NCBI GenBank assembly: GCA_964016885.1
Contig: OZ024748.1
Span: forward strand, 32,612,001-32,676,000
DNA from: Eledone cirrhosa
Lineage: Eukaryota
Reading direction: 5' to 3'
DNA length: 64,000 nucleotides
Positions within the stretch are counted from its first letter, which is position 1. Every line of letters starts with the position of its first letter. Shown piece by piece: positions 1 to 12,800 of the stretch. A program made the translations under genes and the position numbers. The notes under the pieces are model-generated. The model was not told the DNA's origin, did not search any database, and was given only the letters and a program-made list of their open reading frames with translations.

Positions 1-107
1 CACTATACAATACTCATCCAACAGATAGCTGTATTGGATCCTTGATGGGTTAATATTTAGGTGAGGGTGCTTGATGCAGAGTTAGTGCAAAATGGATCAA
101 TGAGTGT

Positions 108-760
108 AATAATAATAATGATAATAATAATGAAAATATTGTGTACAATGCTGAGGTGCACTACAACTCATCAAAAGTGCATATATAATACATAGGGTAA
201 TATAAAAACGTCAGGAAAAAAGAACAGTGCATGAGTCATGATATACACATATGTGCATGTGTATGGAAGGGGGACATCAGGTGTAGTTTTGGTGTATTTT
301 GGAATGTATGATGGTTTTAAAGGATGCAGTGTGTCATCAGCTAACAACTGATGCAGGAAGTTTGTTCCATCCTTCAGCAACTCTGAGCATGAAGAAATAT
401 TTCCTAAAGTCATGGGAGCTGTGTTGTTTTCTGACTTTGTGGGCATGTCCACGTGTTAGACACATGGAGATCAAAAAGGTGTTCGGGGTTGTTGTTGGTC
501 GGATGGTTAATAACTTTGTGGGTGTTTACCAAGTCCATTGCCAGAGGGAAGCAAAATATTCAGGGTATGGTAGGTGTCTGATGGAGGGTATGCGCTTGGT
601 TGCATGTCTCTGAACAGTTTCCAGGAGGTCAATGTTCTGAGCAAGATAGGGGTTCCAGACTGATGACGCGAACTCCAAGTGTATTCGTACCATAGATGCA
701 TACAGCTTTAAATAGATGGCTGGAGAGCAGCTAATGAAGGTCTTGCTGATTGATGCCAAG
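108..760 (-). mobile_element. CR1-like LINE 3' fragment (RT C-terminal region plus (ATT)n tail)
   Basis: ORF 526-759 reads LYASMVRIHLEFASSVWNP...LLETVQRHATKRIP, typical of the post-RT region of CR1/L2-group LINEs. The minus strand ends in an ATT-repeat tail at ~108-132. Confidence 0.7.
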
Positions 761-970
761 TCAATCTTAATAAATTGACTGATTTATCTGTTCACTACTG
801 CTAATCCACCGGTTTGTACAATTTTTTTAGATAATGTCAATTTGAGCTTGAATCATTGGCGTAATGAAATTTGAAAAGATTATAAGCAAATCTTTTTTAA
901 AATACACAGACAACATTTAACTGTATCGTTGCAACATTAGATCTAATAATGGAGCAACATTTGTGCAGAA

Positions 971-1435
971 TTATTGTTTGTGCAATAAGATATTTGCAGA
1001 TCTGTACTTGGTCTGCTCTTTAGCCAACTCGGTACGTTTAGAAGCTCTACGCTCGGCTTGCTTTTGAGATATAATAGCTGAATTTGCAGATCTATACTTG
1101 GCCTGCTTGTTTGCCAACTCATACCGTTTTGAACATCTATACTTGGCCTGTTTTTGTGTTAATTTAGCAAAATTCACAGCTCTATAATCGGCCTGTTTTT
1201 GTCTCAACTTCTCCCGATTCCGCATCCGGTAAGCTGCTTTCACATCCAATTTAATACGCCCATCTAGATTATTAGCACAGGAATGTGAACAAGCTTGTGG
1301 GACCGCATCATTGTAAGTATATGAACTGCCTGCAACATCAAGACCCAATTCACAAGTGCAGCGTTGCTCATTCACATCGGCAGTGGGGACACCAAAATCA
1401 GTGACAGGTCTCGATTCACTCGCGAGATACATCAC
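971..1435 (-). other. ORF with ~5.5 copies of a 15-aa basic repeat; probably a TE-derived fragment
   Basis: Units YRMRNREKLRQKQAD / YRAVNFAKLTQKQAK / YRCSKRYELANKQAK / YRSANSAIISQKQAE / RRASKRTELAKEQTK. No recognised domain. Confidence 0.3.
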
Positions 1436-1699
1436 AGCTACACTATATATTTAAACATATATACAGTGATACCTCGCTACTTGGCGGTTCAACTATCGCA
1501 GATTCACGATTTCGCGCATTTTTAGAATATATATATGAACACCTAAAATTTTTCATTAAATCCATTAAAATATTAATAATAAACACAGTTCTAATCATAC
1601 GCTATATATATATATATATATAAATATAAGTAATTAATACCGTATAAATGGTACAAAGACTGTTTATGTAAAATGTATTTCTCAACAGAGTATTGAATA

Positions 1700-1963
1700 T
1701 AAAGAAAAGTGATGTTTCTCTTTGTCGAATAAATAAATGCACAATCAAGTCTAACAATCATTTTATTTAATGCAATAATTTAGTAAATTTCCTACAACGT
1801 CAATATTTTGAGGAGCGGGTCTTTCCACGTCTGTTCATGTCCGTGGTCCAAAAAGAGTGTGTGAACCTGTGGCTGTGTCCGGGTGTATTTTTGCCTCCCT
1901 TCCCTGAAGGGTTGTTAAGGGGAGGCAACTGCTAGCTACCAAGCGACCATCTCAGCCACTACA
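1700..1963 (-). repeat. 3' LTR (264 bp), termini TG...TA
   Basis: Matches 6863-7124 apart from a 2-bp GT indel (ggctgtgtcc vs ggctgtcc). Confidence 0.95.
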
Positions 1964-2441
1964 TTCACCTCGGAGCAGATTTTTTGTCGCAAAATCGTTA
2001 ACAATGAAGCGAAGGTAGTTTACAAAATGTAGAAGGATGTATCAACAAATTCAAAATTAAAAAAAAAAATAATAAATAGGTTCATGTCTGCAAGCATTAA
2101 CGCAGACAAAACAAAAAAAAAAACGTACAGTAAAAGATGCAAAATGCATGAAAAGATAACACTCTTCGCAATAAAGGGGCCCCGGATGCGATAAACAAGA
2201 AAAAAAATGTTTTGCTAGGCAATGAAAATGCCATATGTAGCATAGTTATAAAAATGCACTAAAAAAAAAGGGACTGTGTCAGAATTGACAACAGTCGTAA
2301 TGTTACGCAAAATATAATATATTGACACTGCCGTAGGCAGTCAAGAATCCAAAGGTAACAAAATGCAATGTACAACAAAAACAATTGGAAGGAAAAAAAT
2401 AACAAAACAAAACAAACAAAACAAAAAAAAAAAAATACAAT

Positions 2442-5400
2442 TCAGTTTATATTACTGCATAGCTTACGGGGCCAATGCACCCTTCGCCCAGAACGGGTCG
2501 TAGTTCTGTGTGTTGATGGTGGGGGAGGGGAAGAAATAGGCCTGTGTGGCAAAGAAAAAGAGGGGGGCATTTGAGTTTCAAGTGTCATTGTGTCATTGTC
2601 CAGGTTTGCTCGTTTGAGACGATCAACGGAAACCGTTTCCCTGGAACCCCGAATGTCCAGTGTGAAATGTTTGTCTGTGCGAGCAAGCACACGATAGGGT
2701 CCAGAGTACGGCCGTTGAAGAGGGGGTCTCACGGCGTCGTCTCTAACGAACACATGGGTCCACAAGGCAATATCCCTTGGGACGGCAGTTTTTACAGTCT
2801 GCTTCCTAGTGCCCATCGGTGGTAGATCCTTGAAATAAGAGTGAAGCCGGGACACGTAGGAAGCGGGGTCCTGCGAAGTCAGGTCAAAAGGGGCCAGCAT
2901 TTGCCCTGGTAACGCCAGAGGCGTACCATAAACTAATTCGGCAGAGGAGAACCCAAGGTCCACCTTTACCGTCGACCGAATACCCAACAATACAATGGGT
3001 AGGTACTCGCTCCAACGTGAAGAGTCCATGGAAGCCCTTAAGGAGGCTTTGAGCTGCCTGTGGAATCTTTCCACCATTCCGTTTGAGGCTGGGTGGTAAG
3101 CCGTGGTTCATATTCGAGTAGCCCCCAGGATTTGGGTTAGCTCTCGGAAGAGGTTAGACTCGAATTGACGACCACGATCTGTTGTTATGGTGGTTGGTAC
3201 ACCGAAACGAGCGATCCACGAAGATACGAGGGTACGGGCTGTGGTTTCGGCGGTGATATCTGTTATAGGGACGGCTTCAGGCCAACGCGAAAAACGGTCA
3301 ACAATCGTCAAAAGATACGAAAAACCACGACTAACCGGCCACGGGCCGACGATGTCCACATGAATGTGACGAAATCTTGCATCGGGGCAGGTGAAGGTTC
3401 CGAGAGGAGCCTTAACATGTCTATGAACTTTCGCTTGTTGGCAAGCGACACAGGAACGACACCAAGCAGCAATGTCACGTCTCATACCAGGCCAGAAAAA
3501 TCTGGCTGTTATGAGTTTTACTGAGGCTGATACTCCTGGGTGAGAAATGCCATGTAAAGCGAGAAACGCAGTTCGTCGATGTTCCACTGGGACTAGAGGT
3601 CGTGGTGAGTCCAACGAAACATCACACAGTATCTGTCCGTCAGCAGTTGAGATCGGAATGTATTTCAGTTTGCAATGTACAAACTCTGGCGATGTAACAT
3701 CCAACGATTCGAGAGTGGGTTGGGCAGCTGCCATTCGATGTAAATCTATCTCCTCGGAAGACGAAATCGATGCGATCGGCAGGCGAGACAGCGCATCGGC
3801 CGCTGTATTAAAAAAACCCGGAATATGTTGAATGTCGTTCGTGAACTGTGAGATGAAGTCCAGATGTCTCGTTTCTCTGGGCGAGTATTTGTCTGCCTTA
3901 GTTCGAAGAGCAAACGTCAAGGGTTTATGATCAGTGAAAATGGTGAATGTTCTACCTTCAAGTACATGAGCAAAATGTTTCACTGATAAATAAATTGCTA
4001 ATAGCTCCCTTCCAAAGGTGCTATAGCGAGTTTCTGCAGGCTTTAACTTCCTCGAAAAGAACTCGAGTGGTTGCTGTACCCCATCACCCTTCTGCTGTAA
4101 GACTGCGCCCACGGCGCTGTCCGAAGCATCAACGCAGAGCGATAGCTCGGCGTTGGGTACTGGGTGGGCGAGCAAAGACGCGTTCGCTAACGCCTTTTTC
4201 ACTTTTTTAAAATCATCAAGCTGCGTTTCATTTAAGGAAATGTCCATATTCTTACGCGGGCAACCCTTAAAAATCTCTGTCAACGAGAACAGCAATTTAG
4301 AACAACCAGGTACGAATCGCCTATAAAAATTTACAAGGCCCAGGAATTGACGCAATTGACGCAGTGAACTTGGCGGAGGCAAATCCGATACTGCCTTAAC
4401 CTTCTCAGGAAGAGGTCGAATACCATCGGCGTCAATCAGATGGCCTAAAAATGTTAGTGAAGTCGAGCCGAAAACACACTTGGAAGCATTAATTCGAACA
4501 TTGTAGATCTGTAAACGACGAAATACGAGATCCAGATGCTTTGAATGCTGCTGAGGGGAAGAACTAGCAATCAACACGTCGTCGATATACGTGTACACAA
4601 AATCCAGGCCCCGAGTAATATCATCCATAAATCGTTGGAAGGTACTTGCAGCGTTTCTAAGGCCGAAAGGCATAGTGAGGAACTCGAACGATCCGAAAGG
4701 AGTGGCAATAGCAGTCTTTGGGATATCCTCCTCGTTAACCGGAATTTGGTTATAAGCGCGGATCAAATCAAGCTTAGAAAAGATTCTGCAACCCTGCAAT
4801 GACGACGCAAAAATCCTGCAAATGCGGGATTGGATAACGGTCAGGCACAGTAATCGCGTTTAAGCGTCGGTAGTCACTCGTCGGTCTCCAATCCCCAGAA
4901 GATCTAGGTACCATATGCAGAGGCGATGCCCAAGGACTTGTGGAGCGCCGAATTATTCCCAATTCCAGCATGTGGTCGAATTCAAGACGTGCAGCTTTCA
5001 ACTTCTCTGTAGACAATCTTCGAGGACGTGAGAAAACAGGTGGACCTGTAGTGGATATGAAGTGTTCAATCGCATGGTCCGGGCTAGTTATTCGTAACTT
5101 TCCCTGCGTCAACTGAGGGAATGAATGCAGCAGGCTTTGATACTGGTTGCCCACTTCAGCCAAGAAAAAGGAAGGGCTGACGGTGGCGACGTCCGGCTCT
5201 GAACCCTCGAAAGAAAGGCATGTTTCAGCATCAACAAGGCGTTGTCTGCGAATGTCCACCAACAAGGAAAAATGGTGGAGAAAATCCGCTCCCAAAATGG
5301 CGTATGGCAAGTCGGCGACAGTAAACTTCCACCTCAAATCACGCCGCAAATTTTTTAACCGAAGAGGAAGCGAAATTTGCCCATACGTTCGAATGGCCGT

Positions 5401-5598
5401 GTGGTTGACTGCTCGTAGATTTATATCTGCTTCGGCTGGGCTTTTTTTGAGATAACTGACTGGCCAAATACTCAGCGACGCGCCAGTATCGACAAGGAAA
5501 AATTTTTTTGACCGCAGGTCGTATACGAAAAGATGGCGGTTCGGTCGGTTTTCCCAGAGTTCACTAGCCGCTCCTAGTGGCTCTGCTTGGCGTTTCCC
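2442..5598 (-). pseudogene. pol: pol (protease, RT, RNase H, integrase with GPY/F) with one frameshift (~4810) and one in-frame stop (3108-3110)
   Basis: FLVDTGAS at ~5480-5503 (protease). [24 protein letters not shown] and YIDDV (RT). [12 protein letters not shown] and TDHKPL (RNase H). [22 protein letters not shown] and MVERFHR (integrase), then PYSGPY. Confidence 0.92.
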
Positions 5599-6356
5599 GA
5601 TCTCTTATAATCACAGGGCGTGCGACAACGTTGCGCCCTACTGCCGAAGTTAGCATGGTACCAACACAACGAAGAATTATTGTTGCCTGCGTTGTAGTGC
5701 TGGCGATGAATAGAGGACGGCGGCGAACGATACCTCAAACGTTGAGAAGGCTCTCTGTGATGTACCGTCAAATCCTCTACCTTTTTGGTGAGGCTTCAAT
5801 CAACTCCAACAGTTTGCCGTCGGCCACAAGAACTGCGTGGAGGGACGCAAGCTGAAGCCACATATGGGTTATGCTGATTGCTGTTCGAGTCCACCTCAAG
5901 TATCCTATCCGCGGACGCGGCAAGTTGCTCCAGTGAATCCTTCTCTAAACTATTGACCAATATTCTTTGCGCACTTGGTGGTAGGCGTGAGAAAAAAAGT
6001 TGCTTTATGAAGGGGGTGTCAATCCCCTGGGAGTCGCTCAACTCCCGCAAATGTCGCAAATCGGAGCTCGGCTTCCTGTCACCCATTTGAGCATCGTCCA
6101 ACAACTCCCGAAAACGGCTCTCTACCGACTTGGTATTTCGGCGAAGGATTTCTTTTTTTAATGAGCCGTAGGTAACGTCGGCGTCTAAATCCGTCACAAC
6201 GTCCCTCGCCGAGAATGCCAAGGAAACAGGTAGGCCATTGATCAGGACCTTCAGCTTATGCTGTTCCTTTGTCCTCGTCAATTCGAAGAAACATTCCAGC
6301 TGCGCAAACCACAACTTGATGTCGCCTGCGAAGGACGGCAAATGATGTTGACTCAT
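5574..6356 (-). pseudogene. gag: gag with C-terminal CHCC knuckle, frameshifted near 5790-5850
   Basis: ORF 5796-6356 starts LPSFAGDIKLWFAQLE. ORF 5574-5771 contains CWYHANFGSRAQRCRTPC (C-X2-H-X9-C-X3-C). Confidence 0.85.
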
Positions 6357-6847
6357 GGTGCCACGTATTTGATGACTTTTTGGTGTTAGCCAGGTGTTGC
6401 TGCTGATTGCTGGTAATTTTTTTCTTTAAAAAAAAATATTCCAAAGAAAATTTTAATAATAAAAAAAAATCATTTTCCATGAAAATTGATGGTAAGATAA
6501 TCCAAGATGGCTGATTTAAAAATGTGTCCGTGATGAAGCCGTCATGAGGCACGATGCAGCCAATCAGATGGCTGGGATTGGAGAAGACAGGCTGAACGCG
6601 GGAAAACGAAATATCTCCATTTGTAATTTCCACAGAATGTTGGAAGCAAAATTCTATTTCCAGAGAAATCCTTTTTTTTTTTTTTTTTTTTTTTTTGTTG
6701 TGTGTTGTATTTTTGTGTTTGTCTGTATGCGTGCTATAACAAATGGAATATAATGAATTTTATGGACTTACGCTAAGTGATTCGGACATTCCAAATTGCC
6801 GTTAAAAAGAATTTCGGACTCCAATAGGCTGCGTTTTCATTCTTTAT

Positions 6848-6861
6848 CGTCAGGGTCGCCA
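6848..6861 (-). promoter_or_regulatory. Primer-binding site, tRNA-Trp-like
   Basis: TGGCGACCCTGACG lies 1 nt after the 5' LTR. It matches 12/14 positions of the complement of the usual tRNA-Trp 3' end (TGGTGACCCCGACG, recalled). Confidence 0.7.
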
Positions 6862-6862
6862 A

Positions 6863-7124
6863 TAAAGAAAAGTGATGTTTCTCTTTGTCGAATAAATAAA
6901 TGCACAATCAAGTCTAACAATCATTTTATTTAATGCAATAATTTAGTAAATTTCCTACAACGTCAATATTTTGAGGAGCGGGTCTTTCCACGTCTGTTCA
7001 TGTCCGTGGTCCAAAAAGAGTGTGTGAACCTGTGGCTGTCCGGGTGTATTTTTGCCTCCCTTCCCTGAAGGGTTGTTAAGGGGAGGCAACTGCTAGCTAC
7101 CAAGCGACCATCTCAGCCACTACA
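6863..7124 (-). repeat. 5' LTR (262 bp)
   Basis: Direct repeat of 1700-1963, next to the PBS. Confidence 0.95.
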
Positions 7125-7144
7125 AATACTTAGGAGAAATTCAA

Positions 7145-7355
7145 AACGAAGAGTGATAACATTTCAAGCAAAGAGTTTAATTAGGTAATGACTTACAAAT
7201 TTGTTTCAGTATATAGACAAAGCCTGAAGCGCTAATTATAATAATTAGTTAATAATATTACAAAATATATTAATATTATATTAAATATATACTGAAACAA
7301 ATTTGTAAGTCATTACCTAATGAAACCCTTTGCTTGAAATTTTATCATTCTTCGT

Positions 7356-7356
<1 letters not shown>
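7145..7356. repeat. Imperfect inverted repeat, ~71-bp arms
   Basis: 7145-7215 is the reverse complement of 7286-7356 (taggtaatgacttacaaatttgtttcagtatata / tatatactgaaacaaatttgtaagtcattaccta). Confidence 0.85.
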
Positions 7357-7424
<68 letters not shown>

Positions 7425-8775
7425 TTTATCTAGTCCTTCGCTCAAGATTAATCTATAAGTTTAGATGTCTGCCTTCGTTTAAGTAAATATTACAGTAAGA
7501 TTTTTAATATAAACAACTACAAAAAACAATTAATATTAAAACGAAAAAATTATCAATGATAAAAGAAGCGGATGCAACTTTTTTTTTTATAAAGTTATAT
7601 TCCTGTTTCTTTAAAGAACATTTCATTTTTGTTCTATTGTAGGCGAAATAATGCAATGGTTTAATAGGGAAGATATAACTTACCAATTATGTCTCTAACC
7701 GTGTAACGCTTTTTAAGTAGATAACTACAATTGAAAATACTAAAGAAATGGAACCAACAATTCAATTTGAAAGTCGTCTACTTATAGTGACAGTGTATTA
7801 CTGGTACTTTATTTTATCGACCCCGTAACGATGAAAGGCAAAAATGCAAATGCTTAAAATTTAAATTGCCTTAATTCTATCGTCTGCTGTTTCATTAAAG
7901 GGAGATTCTCGTCTGTATTTAATTCTATCGTCTACTGTTCCACTAAACAGATATACCTCCACTATCGTCTCTATTTATACTTATAACTTATACACATTTG
8001 ATTTGAAATATTTTATCTAGTCCCCCCCTCTCAATATTATGATGATTTCTTTCGAATGAAACAGTTCTAGTCCTGTAGAAGCCATTTATATATATAATTG
8101 AACTGAGTGAAAAATTCACAATATTTATAATTAAATAAGCTCATATATATATGTGTGTATTTATCTGTTTATTGTATTATATATAATGTGTGTATATACA
8201 GGATGTCCCCAAAATATATATACACACTTCAACAGCATTCTAATAACTATTGCCTGTACAGGTAATCAAAGTGTCAATCGAATGTTAGTTTCGTGTTTTA
8301 ACAGTACAAATTTACAATACACACATAAAACCAGTGTATATACATACATGAGTGTGTATACACATACATGAATGTGTATATACAATATATATGTATATAT
8401 ATATAGACACATATATTCACGGTGCAACGGAACATTAACATATAGATGCGGGGGGGGGGGGTATATATAGGGGCGCTGGGGATAAAGGAGTGTAAAGCGT
8501 AAGTGTGTAATTGATATATTGAAGGAGAGGAGCGTGCAGCGATAGAGTAACAAATATATAGAGCGGGGGAGGAGTGCAAAGCGAAAGAGTAAGAGAGATA
8601 TATATAGAGACGGAACAGATAGAGAGAAACAGGCGTAAGTAACAGTGGAAGAGATATAGAGAGAGGGGGGAATAAATAAATGGAAATATAAGTGTAACAG
8701 TATAAGAGATATATAGAGAGGGGGAAAGTGTCAACGTAATGTTAGATACATCGTGACATACCTAGAAGTTTCATA

Positions 8776-8828
<53 letters not shown>

Positions 8829-8954
8829 GTAGGAGGTGAGTTTTATTGTAGTACAATAAAGCAATGCAGATATCGGATAAGAAGCACTCTACAGTTTGTG
8901 GGACTGGAGTATGCATAATATAAGATCAAAAGATGGTTAAAGGAGTTCAATATA

Positions 8955-9021
8955 TTTTATTATGCGCATTTCAAAAACAAACATCATCAAACAATAATAT
9001 TTGTGTTTTCATCAGATAAAA
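8955..9021 (-). ncRNA. Minimal type I hammerhead ribozyme motif (mirror copy)
   Basis: Exact reverse complement of 9153-9219 in the other palindrome arm. Confidence 0.75.
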
Positions 9022-9152
9022 CAGGAGAACATGATATGAAGGCTAAAAAAACACTTGTTGATAGTGCAGTTTTAAATCAACATAAATGATATGTTGATTT
9101 AAAACTGCACTATCAACAAGTGTTTTTTTAGCCTTCATATCATGTTCTCCTG

Positions 9153-9219
9153 TTTTATCTGATGAAAACACAAATATTATTGTTTGATGATGTTTGTTTT
9201 TGAAATGCGCATAATAAAA
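9153..9219 (+). ncRNA. Minimal type I hammerhead ribozyme motif
   Basis: TTTTAT-CTGATGA-[AAAC...GTTTT stem II]-GAAA-TGCGCA-TA^-ATAAAA. Complete core, 6-bp stem I, palindromic stem III. Confidence 0.75.
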
Positions 9220-9348
9220 TATATTGAACTCCTTTAACCATCTTTTGATCTTATATTATATATATATATATATATATAGATGCTAGTTAAGAATTTCACA
9301 TTTGTTATCAGTCAAAATTATATTGTCCCAAAACTGAATAAATTCTTT

Positions 9349-9420
<72 letters not shown>

Positions 9421-9859
9421 TGTGGCACCTCGGTTTACGAGTTTAGAGATGGTATTGAAGGGGAGGAGTGCAAAGCGAAAGAGTAAGAGAGATATATATA
9501 GAGACGGAACAGATAGAGAGAAACAGGCGTAAGTAACAGTGGAAGAGATATAGAGAGAGGGGGTAATAAATAAATGGAAATATAAGTGTAACAGTATAAG
9601 AGATATATAGAGAGGGAAAAATGTGTTATTGAAGGGGAGGAGTGTAAAGCGAAAGCGTAAGATATATATAGAGAGAGGGGGAATAGTATATATATATATA
9701 TATATATCAACACTTACTCTGATTGGTTGAAAATTAGCCAATGACATACGATCACCACCACCACGGCTATCCCCGGAAAATTTATGAAGAAGTTAGGCAT
9801 ATATGTTAGAACACGAAAAGTGAACATTCTGTTGTTTCACACTTTTCGTGTTCTAACAG

Positions 9860-12800
9860 ATATTACATGCTGCTAAATGTAATACTATACTTCTAAACTG
9901 GTTATATGTTACACACTGCTAAAAGTAATACTATACTTCTAAGCTGGGTATATATTACACATTGCTAAATGTAATACTATACTTCTAAAATAGTTATATA
10001 TTACACACTACTAAAAGTAATTCGATACTTCTAAACTGGTTATAAATTACACATTGCTATAAGTAATTCTATACTTCTAAACTGGTTATATATTACATGC
10101 TGCTAAATGTAATACTATACCTCTAAACTGGTTATATAATACATGCTGCTAAAGGAAATACTATACTTCTAAACTGGTTATATATTACACACTGCTAAAT
10201 GTAATACTATACCTCTGAACTGGTTATATATTACACACTGCTACAAGTAATACTATACTTCTACGCTGGTTATATATTACACACTGCTAAAAGTAATATT
10301 ATACTTCTAAACTAGTTATATATTACACACTGCTAAAACTAATACCATACTCCTAAACTGGTTATATATTACACACTGCTAAAAGTAACACTATACTTCT
10401 AAACTAATTATATATTACACACTGCTAAAAGTAATACTATACTTCTAAACTAGTTATATATTACATACTGCTAAAATTAATACTATACTTCTAAACTGGT
10501 TATATATTACAGACTGCCAAATGTAATACTATACTTCTAAACTGTTTATAAATTACACACTGCTAAAGTAATACTATACTTCTAAACTAGTTATATATTA
10601 CACACAGTTAAAAGTAATACTATATTTCTAAACTGGTTATATATTACACACTGCTAAAAGTAATACTATACTTCTAAACAAGTTATACATTACATGCTGC
10701 TAAAAGTAATACTATACTTCTAAACTCGTTATATATTACACACTGCTAAAAGTAATACTATACCTCTAAACTGGTTATATGTTACATGCTGCTAAAAGTA
10801 ATACTATACTTATAAACTTGTTATATATTACACACTGCTAAAAGTAATACTATAATCCTAAACTGGTTATATATTACACACTGCTAAAAGTAATACTATA
10901 CCTCTAAACTGGTTATATGTTACATGCTGCTAAAATTAATATTATACTTCTAAACAAGTTATATATTACACACTGCTAAAAGTAATACTATACTTCTAAA
11001 CTGGATTATATATTACATGCTGCTAAACGTAATAATACTATACTTCTATACTTGTTAAATATTACACACTGCTAAAAGTAATACTATATCTCTGAAATGG
11101 TTATATATTACACACTGCTAAAAGTAATACTATACTTCTAAGCTGGTTATATAATACATGCTGCTAAATGTAATACTATACTTCTAAACTGGTTATATAT
11201 TACACGCTGCTATAGTAATACTATAACTCTAAACATGATATATATTACATGCTGCTAAAAGTTAATACTATACTTCTAAACTGGTTATATATTACACACT
11301 GCTAAAAGTAATACTATACTTCTAAACTGGGTATATATTACACATTGCTAAATGTAATACTATACTTCTAAAATGGTTATATATTACACACTACTAAAAG
11401 TAATTCTATACTTCTAAACTGGTTATAAATTACACATTGCTATAAGTAATACTATACTTCTAAACTGGTTATATATTACATGCTGCTAAATGTAATACTA
11501 TACCTCTAAACTGGTTATATAATACATGCTGCTAAATGAAATACTATACTTCTAAACTGGTTATATATTACACACTGCTAAAAGTAATACTCTACTTCTT
11601 AACTGGTTATGTTACACACTGCTAAAAGTAATACTATACTTCTAAACTGGTTATATATTACACACTGCTAAAAGTAATACTATACCTCTGAACTGGTTAT
11701 ATATTACACACTGCTACAAGTAATACTATACTTCTACGCTGGTTATATATTACACACTGCTAAAAGTAATATTATACTTCTAAACTAGTTATATATTACA
11801 CACTGCTAAAAGTAACACTATACTTCTAAACTGGTTATATATTACACACTGCTAAAAGTAATACTATACTTCTAAACTAGTTATACATTACATGCTGCTA
11901 AAAGTAATACTATACTTCTAAACTAGTTATATATAACATGCTGCTAAAAGTAATACTATACCTCTAAACTGGTTATATGTTACATGCTGCTAAATGTAAT
12001 ACTATGCTTCTAAACTAGTTATATATTACACACTGCTAAAAGTAATACCATACCTCTGAAATGGTTATATATTACACACTGCTAAAAGTCATACTATACC
12101 TCTGAAATGGCTATATATTACACACTGCTAAAAGTAATACTATACTTCTAGGCTGGTTATATATTACACACTGCTAAAAGTAATATTATACTTCTAAACT
12201 AGTTATATATTACACACTGCTAAAACTAATACTATACTTCTAAACTGGTTATATATTACACACTGCTAAAAGTAATGCTGTACTTCTAAACTAGTTATAT
12301 ATTACACACTGCTAAACGTAATACTATACTTCTAAACTGGTTATATATTACACACTGCTAAAAGTAATACTCTACTTCTTAACTGGTTATATGTTACACA
12401 CTGCTAAAAGTAATACTATACTTCTAAACTGATTATATATTACATGCTGCTAAAAGTAATACTATACCTCTAAACTGGTTATATACTACATGCTGCTAAA
12501 TGTAATACTATACTTCTAAACAGGTTATATATTACACACTGCTAAAAGTAATACTCTACTTCTTAACTGGTTATATGTTACACACTGCTAAAAGTAATAC
12601 TATACTTCTAAACTGGTTATATATTACACACTGCTAAAAGTAATACTATACCTCTAAACTGGTTATATATTACATGCTGCTAAAAGTAATACTATACCTC
12701 TAAAGTGGTTATATATTACATGCTGCTAAAAGTAATACTATACTTCTAAGCTGGTTATATATTACACACTGCTAAAAGTAATACTATACCTCTAAAATGG

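Larger units (their letters stand above)
1700..7124 (-). mobile_element. Full-length Ty3/Gypsy LTR retrotransposon, CsRn1/Kabuki-like
   Basis: Near-identical LTRs at 1700-1963 and 6863-7124. 4-bp TSD AATA at 1696-1699 and 7125-7128. PBS TGGCGACCCTGACG. Gag with a CHCC motif, then PR-RT-RH-IN order. Confidence 0.95.
8915..9259. repeat. Perfect palindrome, 170-bp arms, 5-nt loop; probable Penelope-like terminal remnant
   Basis: 8915-9084 is the reverse complement of 9090-9259. The loop is AATGA. Confidence 0.93.

Noticed and set aside
1464-1520. Tigger/pogo-like terminal sequence TA-CAGTGATACCTCG (similar fragments at ~8199 and ~9420)
   Set aside because: No matching opposite TIR was found, so no element could be delimited.
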